DNA of 64,000 bases, from positions 8,742-72,741 of IMG/VR virus record IMGVR_UViG_3300028829_004140, one strand, 5' to 3'. The notes under the pieces were generated by a model. It searched no databases. It saw only the letters and a list, made by a program, of their open reading frames with translations, and had not been told where the DNA came from. This document shows, one piece after another, positions 16,325-26,609 of the stretch (its first letter is position 1; every line of letters begins with the position of its first letter). This DNA comes from a virus. Both the position numbers and the translations under genes were made by a program.

Positions 16325-19222
16325 ATGCCACCGCCTATTATAATACAAAAACCTATTTTTATGTTTGGAGCTTATGTTTCAAACCTGTCGGTGTCTATTG
16401 GATGGGGAGGGCAGGGGGGAAGTCTGCAAGTTACTTTAGTTGAAGATCCTATTAATGGTATATTCATACCTAAAGAAAACGGAGAAGTGGATGGAACTGG
16501 CAATCCCTTTTATGGGGCGCCAAACTCACCCTCTACAGGAACTCCTTGTTTTTTTAAGTTGGGAAAATTCTATTTTGCTGGAATATTTCAAAGGTGGACA
16601 TATAAAGAGGATGCTGTAAATGGTAGAACTTATGATGTTATTTTAGAGTCTCCATCTAAGCTAATGGACGGTGTTCAGCTCATTATTGAAAACTTTAACG
16701 GTGCAACAGATCTTTTTGCTAACCAGTATAATCAATGGCAATTTTCTACAAACGCTTATGGTGGTGGAAATGAGCCTATTTTTGACGCTGTTTATGGTAA
16801 CACAAAGTCTCGACAAGATCGAAATGGAACTGCGACAAATATATTTAACCTTTTTGCCTATTGGGAAAATCCTGATTATGGATGGCATACAGCGATAGAT
16901 GACGGAGTATTTGGTAAAGGCGGTGTTAAACCTAATAATAGACCTAAGCAGATATATAATAACTTTGGCGCTTCTGGTTTTAATTCTAGTGGAACGTCTA
17001 TATTAAAACTTTTGATTGCTTCTGATGAGTTAATGAAAGTTGATTCAGAGAACAAGTTTGGTGGAGGTATTCAGTTTGGACTAGATAAACCTGAGATTGA
17101 AGCAGGCGTCAGCTCAGAGTATGATTTTGATTGGGATGCGCTGGCAAAATTTTATGTAGAAGAGGGTATTGATAGTGCAGAATTAGACAATATAAGAATC
17201 CAAGGTCCGGTAAAGTCTATCAATGGATTAGTCTCGGAGTTGGCAGAATTTCATCAGTTTGATTTTTATTATACAATCAACCCACAAGGTGGTCCAGATA
17301 CTGTTAATAATCTTATAGTTTATCATAATGATCCGAAAAATTATGGTGTAGAAATTCAGTCTTCTGAAGGTGGCGGCCTTTTATCAGATACTCGACAGCC
17401 GATGGTGACCCAAGAAAGAGCAGAAATTGCCTTAAAAGTTACTTCTAAAAGAAAACCACCAAAAGCACACGCAATTAGGGATTTTATTAAAGAAGAAGCT
17501 GCACTCCCTAAAGAAGAAAGGTCGATAATGTCTTATGACCTTGGTAAGGAGTTTGCTGACTCTACGACTCAAAAGATGATATGGGGATCTAGAAGAACTA
17601 GGTATTTAGAGATCAACGGTAGAGTTAGGACAGGAAGTACGACAAAAGCTTTTGGCTTTAATCCTTCAGTTTCTTCTCAGTACGCAGTTTGGGGAAAAAA
17701 TAACAGCAATGTCACAGATGCTTATAACATGGTAGGACTTGCTGGTATTGTTTATGGAAACTTATCGGGAGCGCGTAGAATATTCATTCCGGGGTACGGG
17801 GATTATCTTGCGACTCCTTTAGAGATGAGAATGGCACTTGGTGGAAAAACTCCTTGGCAGATATACAAAACCTTTCAAACTTTGTCAAACAATGAGCCTA
17901 ATGGTCAAAATAACATTTTCAACACTCCTTGGAGTGCTACACAAGATTTTACTAGTGACCTTCTTAATCAGCTGAGTCGAAACATAGGTAACAGTTTTGA
18001 TTTAACGGTAACTAATCTTACAAAAGCAAATAACCAATGGTTGCCTGCTCTTAATCAGATAAATGACACTATTTTTTCTGGGGTCAGCGCTATCGCTAAC
18101 AGTTCGTATAAGCAAGAGTATTATTGCCTCCTGCCTAACGAAATTTCTAATCCTTATTACAACGTTTACTATCCCGAGGATGAGTCTGAGGCTATAAAAA
18201 CTTGGGACATATCTAGCTCTGCATTTATCAAGTATGGGCAGTTTTCTCCAGTTTTAGATGTTAGTTATTTTGATCAAAGTGGAAAAATGCTTCCCTCTGT
18301 AGGATATCCGTATGCTAGTACACAGGGTCAGATTGACTTATCTAGCTTAGGTTCTGACTATACATTGGGTATAAATGGAGCTAACGGTCTAGTTGTTTCT
18401 AAAAAAGGAGGTCCGTCAGGAGAGTCTTATTTCTACTCACCATTTGGAAGATTTGGAACCTTATTTAAAACAGGGTCGCAACCAAAGATTTTTGACGCTA
18501 TGACTACTCCTGATTTTGGACTAACCAAGTTGGCAGCTTTCTTTTTTGGCATAAATATTCCTCCATCCGCATATATAGCAAATGGCAAGGAGTCTTTACA
18601 GTTTCAAATTCCTCCTGATGTGTTGCAACCAGAATATTTTGGAATACCTCAAGAAAGTCAAAGGTTTAGTTATGGTCCTTGGATTACTCTTAATAAAGAG
18701 TCTGGAGGTTTTTATAGCCCATTTGGAAAAGCCGAGGCTCAGGAGATTACACAGCTTAACCCAGAGACATTCGGGGGTTATGCTGAGTTACAGGACGCTG
18801 GGGGTGTTTATGCCGCCGTTGCAAATACGGATATGTATGAGTCAGAAAGTGGTTATATGCAAATGGTTGGCGCTCCGGCTTGGAATTTAGGAGAAAGGTT
18901 TGTTAGTTTAGGTCCATATGTGAGTAGTATGGATATAACTGTAGACGCTACAGGAGGTATTGCCACTTCCTATAAATTTAATACTTGGACTCCTGAATTT
19001 GGTAAGCTGTCAAAGTATAATGTTGACAGAATAGCAAAGACTAATAAATCAGCTTGGTCCAGATCGCAGCAATTACGGGGAAAAATATCCAAACCACCAT
19101 TACCTAAATTGCCTTTCGAAAGATCAGACTACAAAGAATTAAATAAGGCCAAAGAATCTGCTCACGCTATGAATGTTATAATGACGAATATGGCTAATCA
19201 AATACCTGACCCCCAAAATTAA
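16325..19222 (+). CDS. Putative tail hub / large tail protein
   Basis: The N-terminus (GAYVSNLSVSIGWGGQGGSLQVTLVED) resembles hub-like tail proteins; it is in the tail operon. Confidence 0.5.
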   Translation: MPPPIIIQKPIFMFGAYVSNLSVSIGWGGQGGSLQVTLVEDPINGIFIPKENGEVDGTGNPFYGAPNSPSTGTPCFFKLGKFYFAGIFQRWTYKEDAVNGRTYDVILESPSKLMDGVQLIIENFNGATDLFANQYNQWQFSTNAYGGGNEPIFDAVYGNTKSRQDRNGTATNIFNLFAYWENPDYGWHTAIDDGVFGKGGVKPNNRPKQIYNNFGASGFNSSGTSILKLLIASDELMKVDSENKFGGGIQFGLDKPEIEAGVSSEYDFDWDALAKFYVEEGIDSAELDNIRIQGPVKSINGLVSELAEFHQFDFYYTINPQGGPDTVNNLIVYHNDPKNYGVEIQSSEGGGLLSDTRQPMVTQERAEIALKVTSKRKPPKAHAIRDFIKEEAALPKEERSIMSYDLGKEFADSTTQKMIWGSRRTRYLEINGRVRTGSTTKAFGFNPSVSSQYAVWGKNNSNVTDAYNMVGLAGIVYGNLSGARRIFIPGYGDYLATPLEMRMALGGKTPWQIYKTFQTLSNNEPNGQNNIFNTPWSATQDFTSDLLNQLSRNIGNSFDLTVTNLTKANNQWLPALNQINDTIFSGVSAIANSSYKQEYYCLLPNEISNPYYNVYYPEDESEAIKTWDISSSAFIKYGQFSPVLDVSYFDQSGKMLPSVGYPYASTQGQIDLSSLGSDYTLGINGANGLVVSKKGGPSGESYFYSPFGRFGTLFKTGSQPKIFDAMTTPDFGLTKLAAFFFGINIPPSAYIANGKESLQFQIPPDVLQPEYFGIPQESQRFSYGPWITLNKESGGFYSPFGKAEAQEITQLNPETFGGYAELQDAGGVYAAVANTDMYESESGYMQMVGAPAWNLGERFVSLGPYVSSMDITVDATGGIATSYKFNTWTPEFGKLSKYNVDRIAKTNKSAWSRSQQLRGKISKPPLPKLPFERSDYKELNKAKESAHAMNVIMTNMANQIPDPQN

Positions 19223-19282
19223 AATAAACAAGAGAACCCCCAACAGTAAACAATTGGACAAAATAAAAAAGGAAATTAAAGA

Positions 19283-20161
19283 ATGACAGATATATCAGCT
19301 ACAGTAGTAGATGCAACAGGCGCAGCCGCAGCTTTAGCTAATGATCCGGGCAATTCTGCGTTGAGCAGTAGCGAACAGATTTATTCTCCTATATTTATAG
19401 TTAGATCTAACAATGCAGCGGGTCATTCGATAAGCTCTTTTGCTCAACCCTTGGCGTCTCCGTACTCTTCTGGTCAGTACGGATCTCAGCATGTAGGACC
19501 AACAAGGTCGGAATTAGACCCATACTTTTCAAACTTTTTAAATAATCCTTCTGGATGGATGGAAAGTAACGATTTTCAGATGATGTCTAATAACGGAGCG
19601 AGTATTCAAAACGGGGGAGCGGATGCTAATATTAGAAAAGTTAACAGGGGGGGTGTTACTCAGGTGGCAGTAAATCACTTCAGGGGTCCGCTCTGTATAT
19701 CTGGGTGGGGGACCGATCTAGCCGATAGACCTGTTCCATCAGTTAGTTCTAGTGGAGATCGTAGTTGGGAGTTAGACCCTTCTGCGGTAAGTAGTAGAGC
19801 GACTTGGCGCGCTGGTCCTGTGGATCTCAAATGGGATGAAGAAAGGTCTGTATGGTCTGGCGGGCATCATTTGCTTTGTGGCTGGACTAAAGAGGTTCCA
19901 AAGGGGGAAATATGCGCCCCGTCTTCATTTACTATGCATGTTCTTCGTCTTAAAAACGGTATTGGTGGAGGATTAGATAGTGCATTTCGTGGAGAAACTG
20001 TTACGGTTCTGAACCATGATCCTAGCCTAAAAGAAGATGCAGAAGAAGGAAAGAAAATTTTCGTTATAGCCGGAAGAATAAACTACGAATGGGTTCCGCT
20101 TTGGGTGGGATGTCCAGAATGCGATAAGGGAGAGTGCAAGATCGAACCATGTGCTGCATAA
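19283..20161 (+). CDS. Putative tail structural protein
   Basis: LCISGWG.D...PVP and GPVDLKWDE.R.VW motifs, a Cys-rich C-terminus and tail operon context. Confidence 0.45.
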   Translation: MTDISATVVDATGAAAALANDPGNSALSSSEQIYSPIFIVRSNNAAGHSISSFAQPLASPYSSGQYGSQHVGPTRSELDPYFSNFLNNPSGWMESNDFQMMSNNGASIQNGGADANIRKVNRGGVTQVAVNHFRGPLCISGWGTDLADRPVPSVSSSGDRSWELDPSAVSSRATWRAGPVDLKWDEERSVWSGGHHLLCGWTKEVPKGEICAPSSFTMHVLRLKNGIGGGLDSAFRGETVTVLNHDPSLKEDAEEGKKIFVIAGRINYEWVPLWVGCPECDKGECKIEPCAA

Positions 20162-20209
20162 GCGGCGTTTGGTATGAAGCAGTCAAAATATTCAAAATCT
20201 ACTTATTTA

Positions 20210-20226
20210 TGTGTATAACACTATAT
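20210..20226 (+). promoter_or_regulatory. Putative late promoter motif TGTGTATA-N4-TAT
   Basis: Third copy of the motif, upstream of the AGGAG RBS of 20252. Confidence 0.5.
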
Positions 20227-20251
20227 AACCTAATAACAGGAGAAAATCCAA

Positions 20252-21247
20252 ATGGCAGAGATACGATTTCAATTACTAGGAAACTCAGACGGAACACCTT
20301 CTGTCGATACGTTGTCTGGTTCGGGCATGGCATTTTTTGGTTCTACAGCAGGATCGTCGGTGCAAATTGGTGCATATCAGGATACTAGTTACGTTTCGAA
20401 CGGTGACGGAACCTCTTACACAAATTCTAGTTCTAATGTAAAATTTCAAACAACTTCAACTTATCCCAGTGGACAGGTGGTTCTCGATGCTGTTGCCGGA
20501 ACGCCCTCCAGTATGGGACTGTCGGGAGTTAGAACTATGTATGGAACTGTCGGTATTGAGTTTGGAAACTCTTCCGAAGTTAATGTTCAAAATGTGCAGC
20601 TAAGGGTTTATGACCGTGGAAATATTAATTACCCTGCGAGCGGCGTTAACACAAAGGTTGCGGAGATTGTAAACCATAATGGCTCAACTTTTAACTCTCA
20701 AGGTTCTGACAATGGGCTTTGTTCAGATGCTCAAGGAAGTGGAGACTTGTGGTGGTGGGGAGAGCCTTGGCCTAGCGAATACATTACCGGAGGAAAGAAC
20801 TACTATACAAACAGTGTTGGTGAAACCTTTTACAATGGAACAGATAGTGACGCTGTTGTAAATGGTGATGCTAGACTCGCTTCAGCAGCTATTGCCGGAA
20901 GTTACGATTCTGTTGGAGGTAGCGGAATAAAGGTTCCTTTGCTAGATTCTCCGGGATCTGGACAGAAACAACTTCAGAATTCTGAGGTAGTAAGTGGCAC
21001 TGGTATGGTTTGGCCGAAATGGACCCAGTACATAACAGACACTACTGATCAGACAGAAGTTTTTGGATTTTCCTTTGGAGACGGGAGCGATACGGTAAAA
21101 GTTGCTGGCATAGCTCCTATTGATAGGACTTTTGGAGGCAGTGGTGTAGATACTCATCATACTTGGTCAGTTGCGCTTTCAGCATCTCCATTATCCACTG
21201 GACCCAAAGAGCAATACGGCTTATATGTTTCTCTTGAATTTGTTTAA
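20252..21247 (+). CDS. Putative virion structural protein
   Basis: Ser/Gly/Thr-rich, acidic, beta-rich protein with an AGGAG RBS and the late-type motif upstream. Confidence 0.5.
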   Translation: MAEIRFQLLGNSDGTPSVDTLSGSGMAFFGSTAGSSVQIGAYQDTSYVSNGDGTSYTNSSSNVKFQTTSTYPSGQVVLDAVAGTPSSMGLSGVRTMYGTVGIEFGNSSEVNVQNVQLRVYDRGNINYPASGVNTKVAEIVNHNGSTFNSQGSDNGLCSDAQGSGDLWWWGEPWPSEYITGGKNYYTNSVGETFYNGTDSDAVVNGDARLASAAIAGSYDSVGGSGIKVPLLDSPGSGQKQLQNSEVVSGTGMVWPKWTQYITDTTDQTEVFGFSFGDGSDTVKVAGIAPIDRTFGGSGVDTHHTWSVALSASPLSTGPKEQYGLYVSLEFV

Positions 21248-21265
21248 ACCGAACTAGGAAGTGGA

Positions 21266-22051
21266 ATGGCTAGGGTTGATGTTTCTATTTGTATAGCCAC
21301 TTGGAACAAGGCAGGTCTTTTATCACAGACCTTAAAAAGTATTCGTAAACAGGAAACAAAGCTCAACTACGAAATTGTCGTGGTTGATGATGGAAGTTGT
21401 GATGGTACAAAAAAGGTTTGTCAGAGTTTTGATGTTGTTTATCATTATTTAGATAGACCTTATTTGTGCGGCTCTGCTACTGCAAGAAACATGGCTTGTG
21501 ACATAGCCAAAGGTCGGGTTCTTATTATGCAGTCCGACGACGTTGTTCACATGTCCCCGTCCTATTCGTTGGGTGCTTGTAAGTGGTTACGCGATAATAA
21601 AGTTGGTGGTGTTATTTCTTGTGAAAACCTTAAATCTAGCATTGATAAACTTTATGAAGTTCCAGACAAGTCTGCCCATTTTGCCCCAGTTCTTAACGTT
21701 GCATACAACAGATCAAATCCAAAGGCTAGTAAAACACTTCGGTGGTATTGCAATTGGTGGAAACAAAAACGTCCTTTGTTTTTTCTAGGGTCAATGTCCA
21801 AGGATGATTTTTGGGCGATTGGCGGAAACGATGAAGATTTTACAAGGCCGGGATATGAAGACACATATCTTGGTGCTTTGATTACTAGGCTTTATGATGT
21901 TTATTTCAGGGATGATATCATAGGTTTTCACCAAAGTCATAAAGGAAGAATTAGTGGTTTTTTAGATATGAGAAAGTTATACGCAAAAAAGATTTTAAGT
22001 ATTGATAGCAAGGTTGAAGGTTTAAGAAAAGAAATTTATGGAGAGGATTAA
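21266..22051 (+). CDS. Glycosyltransferase, GT2 / GT-A fold
   Basis: SICIATWNK, EIVVVDDGS.DGT, ARN, QSDD, IGGNDEDF...GYED and HQSH motifs. Confidence 0.9.
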   Translation: MARVDVSICIATWNKAGLLSQTLKSIRKQETKLNYEIVVVDDGSCDGTKKVCQSFDVVYHYLDRPYLCGSATARNMACDIAKGRVLIMQSDDVVHMSPSYSLGACKWLRDNKVGGVISCENLKSSIDKLYEVPDKSAHFAPVLNVAYNRSNPKASKTLRWYCNWWKQKRPLFFLGSMSKDDFWAIGGNDEDFTRPGYEDTYLGALITRLYDVYFRDDIIGFHQSHKGRISGFLDMRKLYAKKILSIDSKVEGLRKEIYGED

Positions 22052-23151
22052 TGACAGCATATTCGTCAGGAAAGGTTTTTCATCACAGAGATAGGATCGA
22101 CCAGTTAAAGGCAGGGGAACAAACCGTGCCATTACAAGTACACTTTATAATCTCTGACCTTTGCAACCAAGATTGCTCTTTTTGTGCTTATAGAATGTCG
22201 GGCTACACCACTAATGAATTATTTAAAGTGGTTCATCCCGAAAGCGGTGAGATAAACAATAATCCAAACCGTAAAATTCCTTACGAAAAATGTCTGGAAA
22301 TTCTTGATGACTGTGCCGAAATGGGCGTTAAAGCAATTCAGATTACCGGAGGCGGCGAGCCTTCTGTTCACCCCGATCACACAAAGATCTATCAGGCTGT
22401 GCTAGATCGTGGTATGGAGCTAGGTCTGGTTAGTAACGGTGTGATATTCAAACCCGAAACAATTCCTCTTTTGCTACAAGCTACTTGGGTTCGTTTTTCT
22501 GTAGACGCTGGTAATCCAGAGTCTTATTCACGTATCCGAAACGTCTCTGCAAAACATCACGACAGAATGTGGAAGAACGTAACAGATCTTGCGGCAGAGA
22601 AGAAGCGTACAGGATCAGATCTGACGATTGGTATGGGTTTTGTTGTCACTGATGATAACTGGTCGGAGGTTGGGCAGTTTGCGGAACTTGCGAAGAAAGC
22701 TGGCGTAGATAACATAAGGATTAGTGCAGTATTCCAGCCAGACAATGAAAAGTATTTTACACAGTTCTTTGACAAGGCCGCTGAACTTTGTAGGGAGACA
22801 AAAGAAAAATATGAAGACGAGAACTTTGCCGTATTCAATAACTTTGGCGAGCGTTATGCCGATCTTGTTCAAGCTGCCCCAGACTACTCGTTTTGTGGTT
22901 ATCAAGAGCTTGTGACCTACATTGGCGGCGATCTGAATGTTTATAGATGTTGTGTTACTGCCTACAATCAACAAGGAATGGTTGGATCTCTTGCAGATCA
23001 AAGATTTAAAGACCTTTGGAATTCAGAAGAGAAAAAGAAAAACTTCTCTTGCTTTGATGCTAAGAGTTGTGACAGATGTATGTTTAACAATAAAAACAAG
23101 ACCATATTGTACGCTATTGACAAAGACCCTCAGCATGTGAATTTTGTATAG
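22051..23151 (+). CDS. Radical SAM protein with a SPASM/twitch domain
   Basis: CNQDCSFC (CxxxCxxC), ITGGGEP, SNG, and C-terminal C...GG.LNVYRCC...CDRC. Confidence 0.9.
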   Translation: MTAYSSGKVFHHRDRIDQLKAGEQTVPLQVHFIISDLCNQDCSFCAYRMSGYTTNELFKVVHPESGEINNNPNRKIPYEKCLEILDDCAEMGVKAIQITGGGEPSVHPDHTKIYQAVLDRGMELGLVSNGVIFKPETIPLLLQATWVRFSVDAGNPESYSRIRNVSAKHHDRMWKNVTDLAAEKKRTGSDLTIGMGFVVTDDNWSEVGQFAELAKKAGVDNIRISAVFQPDNEKYFTQFFDKAAELCRETKEKYEDENFAVFNNFGERYADLVQAAPDYSFCGYQELVTYIGGDLNVYRCCVTAYNQQGMVGSLADQRFKDLWNSEEKKKNFSCFDAKSCDRCMFNNKNKTILYAIDKDPQHVNFV

Positions 23152-23293
23152 GATAATTTAATGAGGCAAGTACCACCTCTTTTGCAAGAATCTTTAGGTT
23201 AAGTTATAGAAATAAAAACAATATGAAAAATAGAGAATTGCTGGTACTAAACGACATAATAAATAATTATCTCCGTTGCTCTAGGTTGGAGAG

Positions 23294-25762
23294 ATGAATA
23301 TGACAAATCCACATACGGTTGCATGGAACGCAATAAAAGATGAAATGCTTGGAGAGGTTTGTGAAGTTGCCCGCCGTGTGCCGTGGGGCTTTAAGGCTGA
23401 TTATCCTTCTATACATAATGTCACTTGTGATCAGTTTCTTGAGACTGACAAGGTTTTTGGCACTGTTATTCTTCATATCTTGATTGGAGAAGGTGAGTCT
23501 TTAGATATTTTTGAAAAGGTGTTTCAACACGCCTACAAACACGCTCTTAAAGTAATTGTTCTAGAACATTCTCCATCTTCATCAGATTGGGCAAGAAATG
23601 ATAATGTAACCGAAGAACGTATTGATTTCCTGCAAAACCTCCTAGATGAATCTGGTGAAAGGATTCGCACTAAAGACTTGGGAAGAAATGTTGTTCATCT
23701 ATTTACTACAGTAAAACCTTTGTTTATAGATCAGATAAATGATAACTACATAAAAGAAAATTTAAACAAGTCTTGGAAAGGAACGAAAAAAGCGGCTTGG
23801 TATTCCGATGGTTACTACACCCATACTAGCGAATCGTTAATCTCGCAAGAAATAATTGATAAACTTCCTGTAGACAAGGATTTTTATTGGGTTATTGGGG
23901 GATTAATGTTTCTGGGGAATATTAACAATATACCAGATCACAGACATAAACTGATAGACTCTGTTTTCAAACAATGTTTGATGGCAAGAATTGTAATAGA
24001 TCCTGAGTCAGATGAGTTAATATCAAAAATAAATACCATTCAAGAAAATTTAGGCAGTGGTATTCTTTCAAAGATTAATTCTGCTCCTGTTTATATAGAT
24101 GCTTTTGGTAACAAAAATCATTGGTGTAATTTTCACAAGATTCATGGTTGCGAGGATGTCCTTTATAAAATCTCTTCGATTGAGCATCTCAATATCTCGG
24201 ATTTAAAAACTTCCGACCAAATAATTTACACTAGCACAGTTCCTCTTCCTGCTTACAAGCATCTGAAATTTAAAAACTGGGTTATTACCTGCACAGAGGG
24301 TATTAAATGGGATGTGCCTTGGCTGATGGAAAAAGTTGAGGAAGGTTACTCATCGCCATTGAGAAAAAAACCTGCCGATTTATGGAATGAACAAAGATGG
24401 CAAAGATGGAATAAAGATAAGCGTAGAGGTAGAGGTCAAATACCTGACTATACGGCAGCCAAGAAGTTTATACAATCAGGGAATGATGTTCTTGATCTCG
24501 GTTGTGGCTTGGGGCGATCTGGTCAATATGCTTATAGCGAGGACGTTAAAAGTTTCACTAGCACAGATGTGAACTCAGAAGTTTTAAAATATGTTCCTAA
24601 GTATGGTGACAATCACCACGTTGTCACAGGGCTAGACGAATCTAAAAAGTATGATGTTGTTTTATGTATGGATGTTTTGGAGCATGTAGAGCACGATGTT
24701 TCATTTTTAAAAAAAATTGACTCCTTATCAAAAAATACCATAGTTATCACTACCCCAAATTTCAATTATTCAAAATGTCGAAATCGCTACCACTGTAGAG
24801 AGTATCGTCCTGATTTCTTTGAAAGACTTATCAGAGAGACTATTCCTGCCGAAGAGTATATCTTTGATACCAATGGTGCAAAAATGACTGCCACTATACT
24901 CAAAAAAGAAAAACCCACCACTGTTCGTGTGCCTAAAAAAATATTTTTCTATTGGGGCAATGACACAATGTCTTGGTTAAGATACATGACCCTATACTCC
25001 TTTAGGAGGTTTAACCCAGACTGGGAAATGGAACTACACGTATCCCATATAGATATAAAAAATAAATATTGGAAGACTCCCGAAGCTCAGGATTTTCATT
25101 CCTACGCAGGTAAAAATTGGTTGTCGGAAGTTGAAAAACTTGGAGTAACAATAAAAGAGTGTCCGGTATTTGTCGAAGGGGCAGGGCCATCTCACAACAG
25201 CAATTTTTTCAAGTGGAACGAACTAGCTACTAGCGGAGGTATCTACTCGGACATGGATATACTTTTTATTAAGCCTATCGAGGAATACTACAACAATATC
25301 AAAGATCTAAAAACAGGAATATCATACAGCACCGAAGTTGCACACCGCAGTCACGGAGGATACTATTCAATCGGATTCATGTTCTCTTCTGGTAACAATA
25401 GGTTTTTTAAAGATGTCTTTAACTTTTCTACAGAGCGTTATGATTTTAACAGTTATCAAGGTGCTGGAGTAGATCGTCTATACGAGATGCTGGAGAAAAA
25501 TCGTCTAGGAATGAAACCATATCATAAAGGCTTATGCTACATACCTATGAATTTAGTTTATCCTTGGAGACATTATCAGCAGGGCGATTTCTTTAATCAC
25601 TGCCATACAACACTACCGGAAGAAACAATAGGGATTCATTGGTTTGCTGGACATCCAAAAGCACAAGAATTCAATAACGCGATTAACCCAGACACACTGG
25701 ATAACCACAACAACACAATGTCACACTGGCTAGAAAAAATAATTGGACGTTATCAATTATGA
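23294..25762 (+). CDS. Multidomain protein: unknown N-terminus + class I SAM methyltransferase + GT32-like (DxD) glycosyltransferase
   Basis: Methyltransferase motifs VLDLGCGLG, YDVVLCMDVLEHV and ITTPN. Glycosyltransferase motifs VPKKIFFYWG, GGIYSDMDILF and IGIHW. Confidence 0.8.
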   Translation: MNMTNPHTVAWNAIKDEMLGEVCEVARRVPWGFKADYPSIHNVTCDQFLETDKVFGTVILHILIGEGESLDIFEKVFQHAYKHALKVIVLEHSPSSSDWARNDNVTEERIDFLQNLLDESGERIRTKDLGRNVVHLFTTVKPLFIDQINDNYIKENLNKSWKGTKKAAWYSDGYYTHTSESLISQEIIDKLPVDKDFYWVIGGLMFLGNINNIPDHRHKLIDSVFKQCLMARIVIDPESDELISKINTIQENLGSGILSKINSAPVYIDAFGNKNHWCNFHKIHGCEDVLYKISSIEHLNISDLKTSDQIIYTSTVPLPAYKHLKFKNWVITCTEGIKWDVPWLMEKVEEGYSSPLRKKPADLWNEQRWQRWNKDKRRGRGQIPDYTAAKKFIQSGNDVLDLGCGLGRSGQYAYSEDVKSFTSTDVNSEVLKYVPKYGDNHHVVTGLDESKKYDVVLCMDVLEHVEHDVSFLKKIDSLSKNTIVITTPNFNYSKCRNRYHCREYRPDFFERLIRETIPAEEYIFDTNGAKMTATILKKEKPTTVRVPKKIFFYWGNDTMSWLRYMTLYSFRRFNPDWEMELHVSHIDIKNKYWKTPEAQDFHSYAGKNWLSEVEKLGVTIKECPVFVEGAGPSHNSNFFKWNELATSGGIYSDMDILFIKPIEEYYNNIKDLKTGISYSTEVAHRSHGGYYSIGFMFSSGNNRFFKDVFNFSTERYDFNSYQGAGVDRLYEMLEKNRLGMKPYHKGLCYIPMNLVYPWRHYQQGDFFNHCHTTLPEETIGIHWFAGHPKAQEFNNAINPDTLDNHNNTMSHWLEKIIGRYQL

Positions 25763-26604
25763 AAACAATACCCAAACGAATATTCTTTTATTGGGGCAAC
25801 AAGGAGATGTCTTGGTTGCGTTACATGACTTTATACTCTTTTAGAAAGTTTAACCCAGACTGGGAAATTGAACTATATGTATCAGATGTAAAGGTTTTGA
25901 AGAAAATTTGGAAGCAGAATGTTGTTCAGGATTTTCATAGCTACAGGGGCAAAGACTGGATGCCAGAGGTTGAGAAACTAGGAGTTGAAATAAAGGAGTG
26001 CCCTGTTTTTGACGAACGAGCAACACCAATTCAAAATAGTGACATTTTTAGATGGAACGAATTAGCTACCAATGCTGGTTTCTACTCGGACATGGACATA
26101 CTTTACATTAAGCCCATTGAAGAATACTACCAGAAAATAAAAGGTTTTCAAACAGGCATATCTTACTATGTTGGAAAGCGTTCAAGGATATATACTAACT
26201 TTACTGGTTACTTTTCAATAGGTTTCATGTTTTCTGCTGGCAATAATAGATTTTTTGGAGACATTTTAGACTCGGTTATGGCAAAAAAAAATTTAATCGA
26301 CTACCAGTCGGCAGGCGTTAACCCGTTGTATAATATGCTTGGTAACACGAAAGGTATTGATAAATACCAAGAAGGTATGCATAATATCCCAATGAAGGTT
26401 GTCTATCCTTATAGGTCACATCAGGGGAGGGATTTTTTTAAAGTTCTTAATAATCATCAGATTCATGGTGACTTAACAATAGGAATACATTGGTATGCAG
26501 GCAAGCCAATAGCACAGAAGTTTAACAACTCCATTTCTCCAGAAACGTTAAATAGCCAGAGCAACACCATGTCACACTGGCTAAAGTATGTTCTAGACGC
26601 TTAA
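25759..26604 (+). CDS. GT32-like (DxD) glycosyltransferase, paralog of the C-terminal domain of 23294..25762
   Basis: IPKRIFFYWG, SDIFRW, GFYSDMDILY and IGIHWYAG motifs. Confidence 0.8.
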   Translation: MKTIPKRIFFYWGNKEMSWLRYMTLYSFRKFNPDWEIELYVSDVKVLKKIWKQNVVQDFHSYRGKDWMPEVEKLGVEIKECPVFDERATPIQNSDIFRWNELATNAGFYSDMDILYIKPIEEYYQKIKGFQTGISYYVGKRSRIYTNFTGYFSIGFMFSAGNNRFFGDILDSVMAKKNLIDYQSAGVNPLYNMLGNTKGIDKYQEGMHNIPMKVVYPYRSHQGRDFFKVLNNHQIHGDLTIGIHWYAGKPIAQKFNNSISPETLNSQSNTMSHWLKYVLDA

Positions 26605-26609
26605 CCTAC

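Noticed and set aside
19220-19283. Read-through fusion of 16325..19222 with the in-frame 19283..20161
   Set aside because: Three in-frame TAA stops separate them, and the downstream gene has its own AAGGA RBS.
23152-23296. Two tiny ORFs (13 and 24 aa) between the radical SAM gene and the fusion gene
   Set aside because: No recognisable motif. They may be decayed gene remnants, but this cannot be supported.
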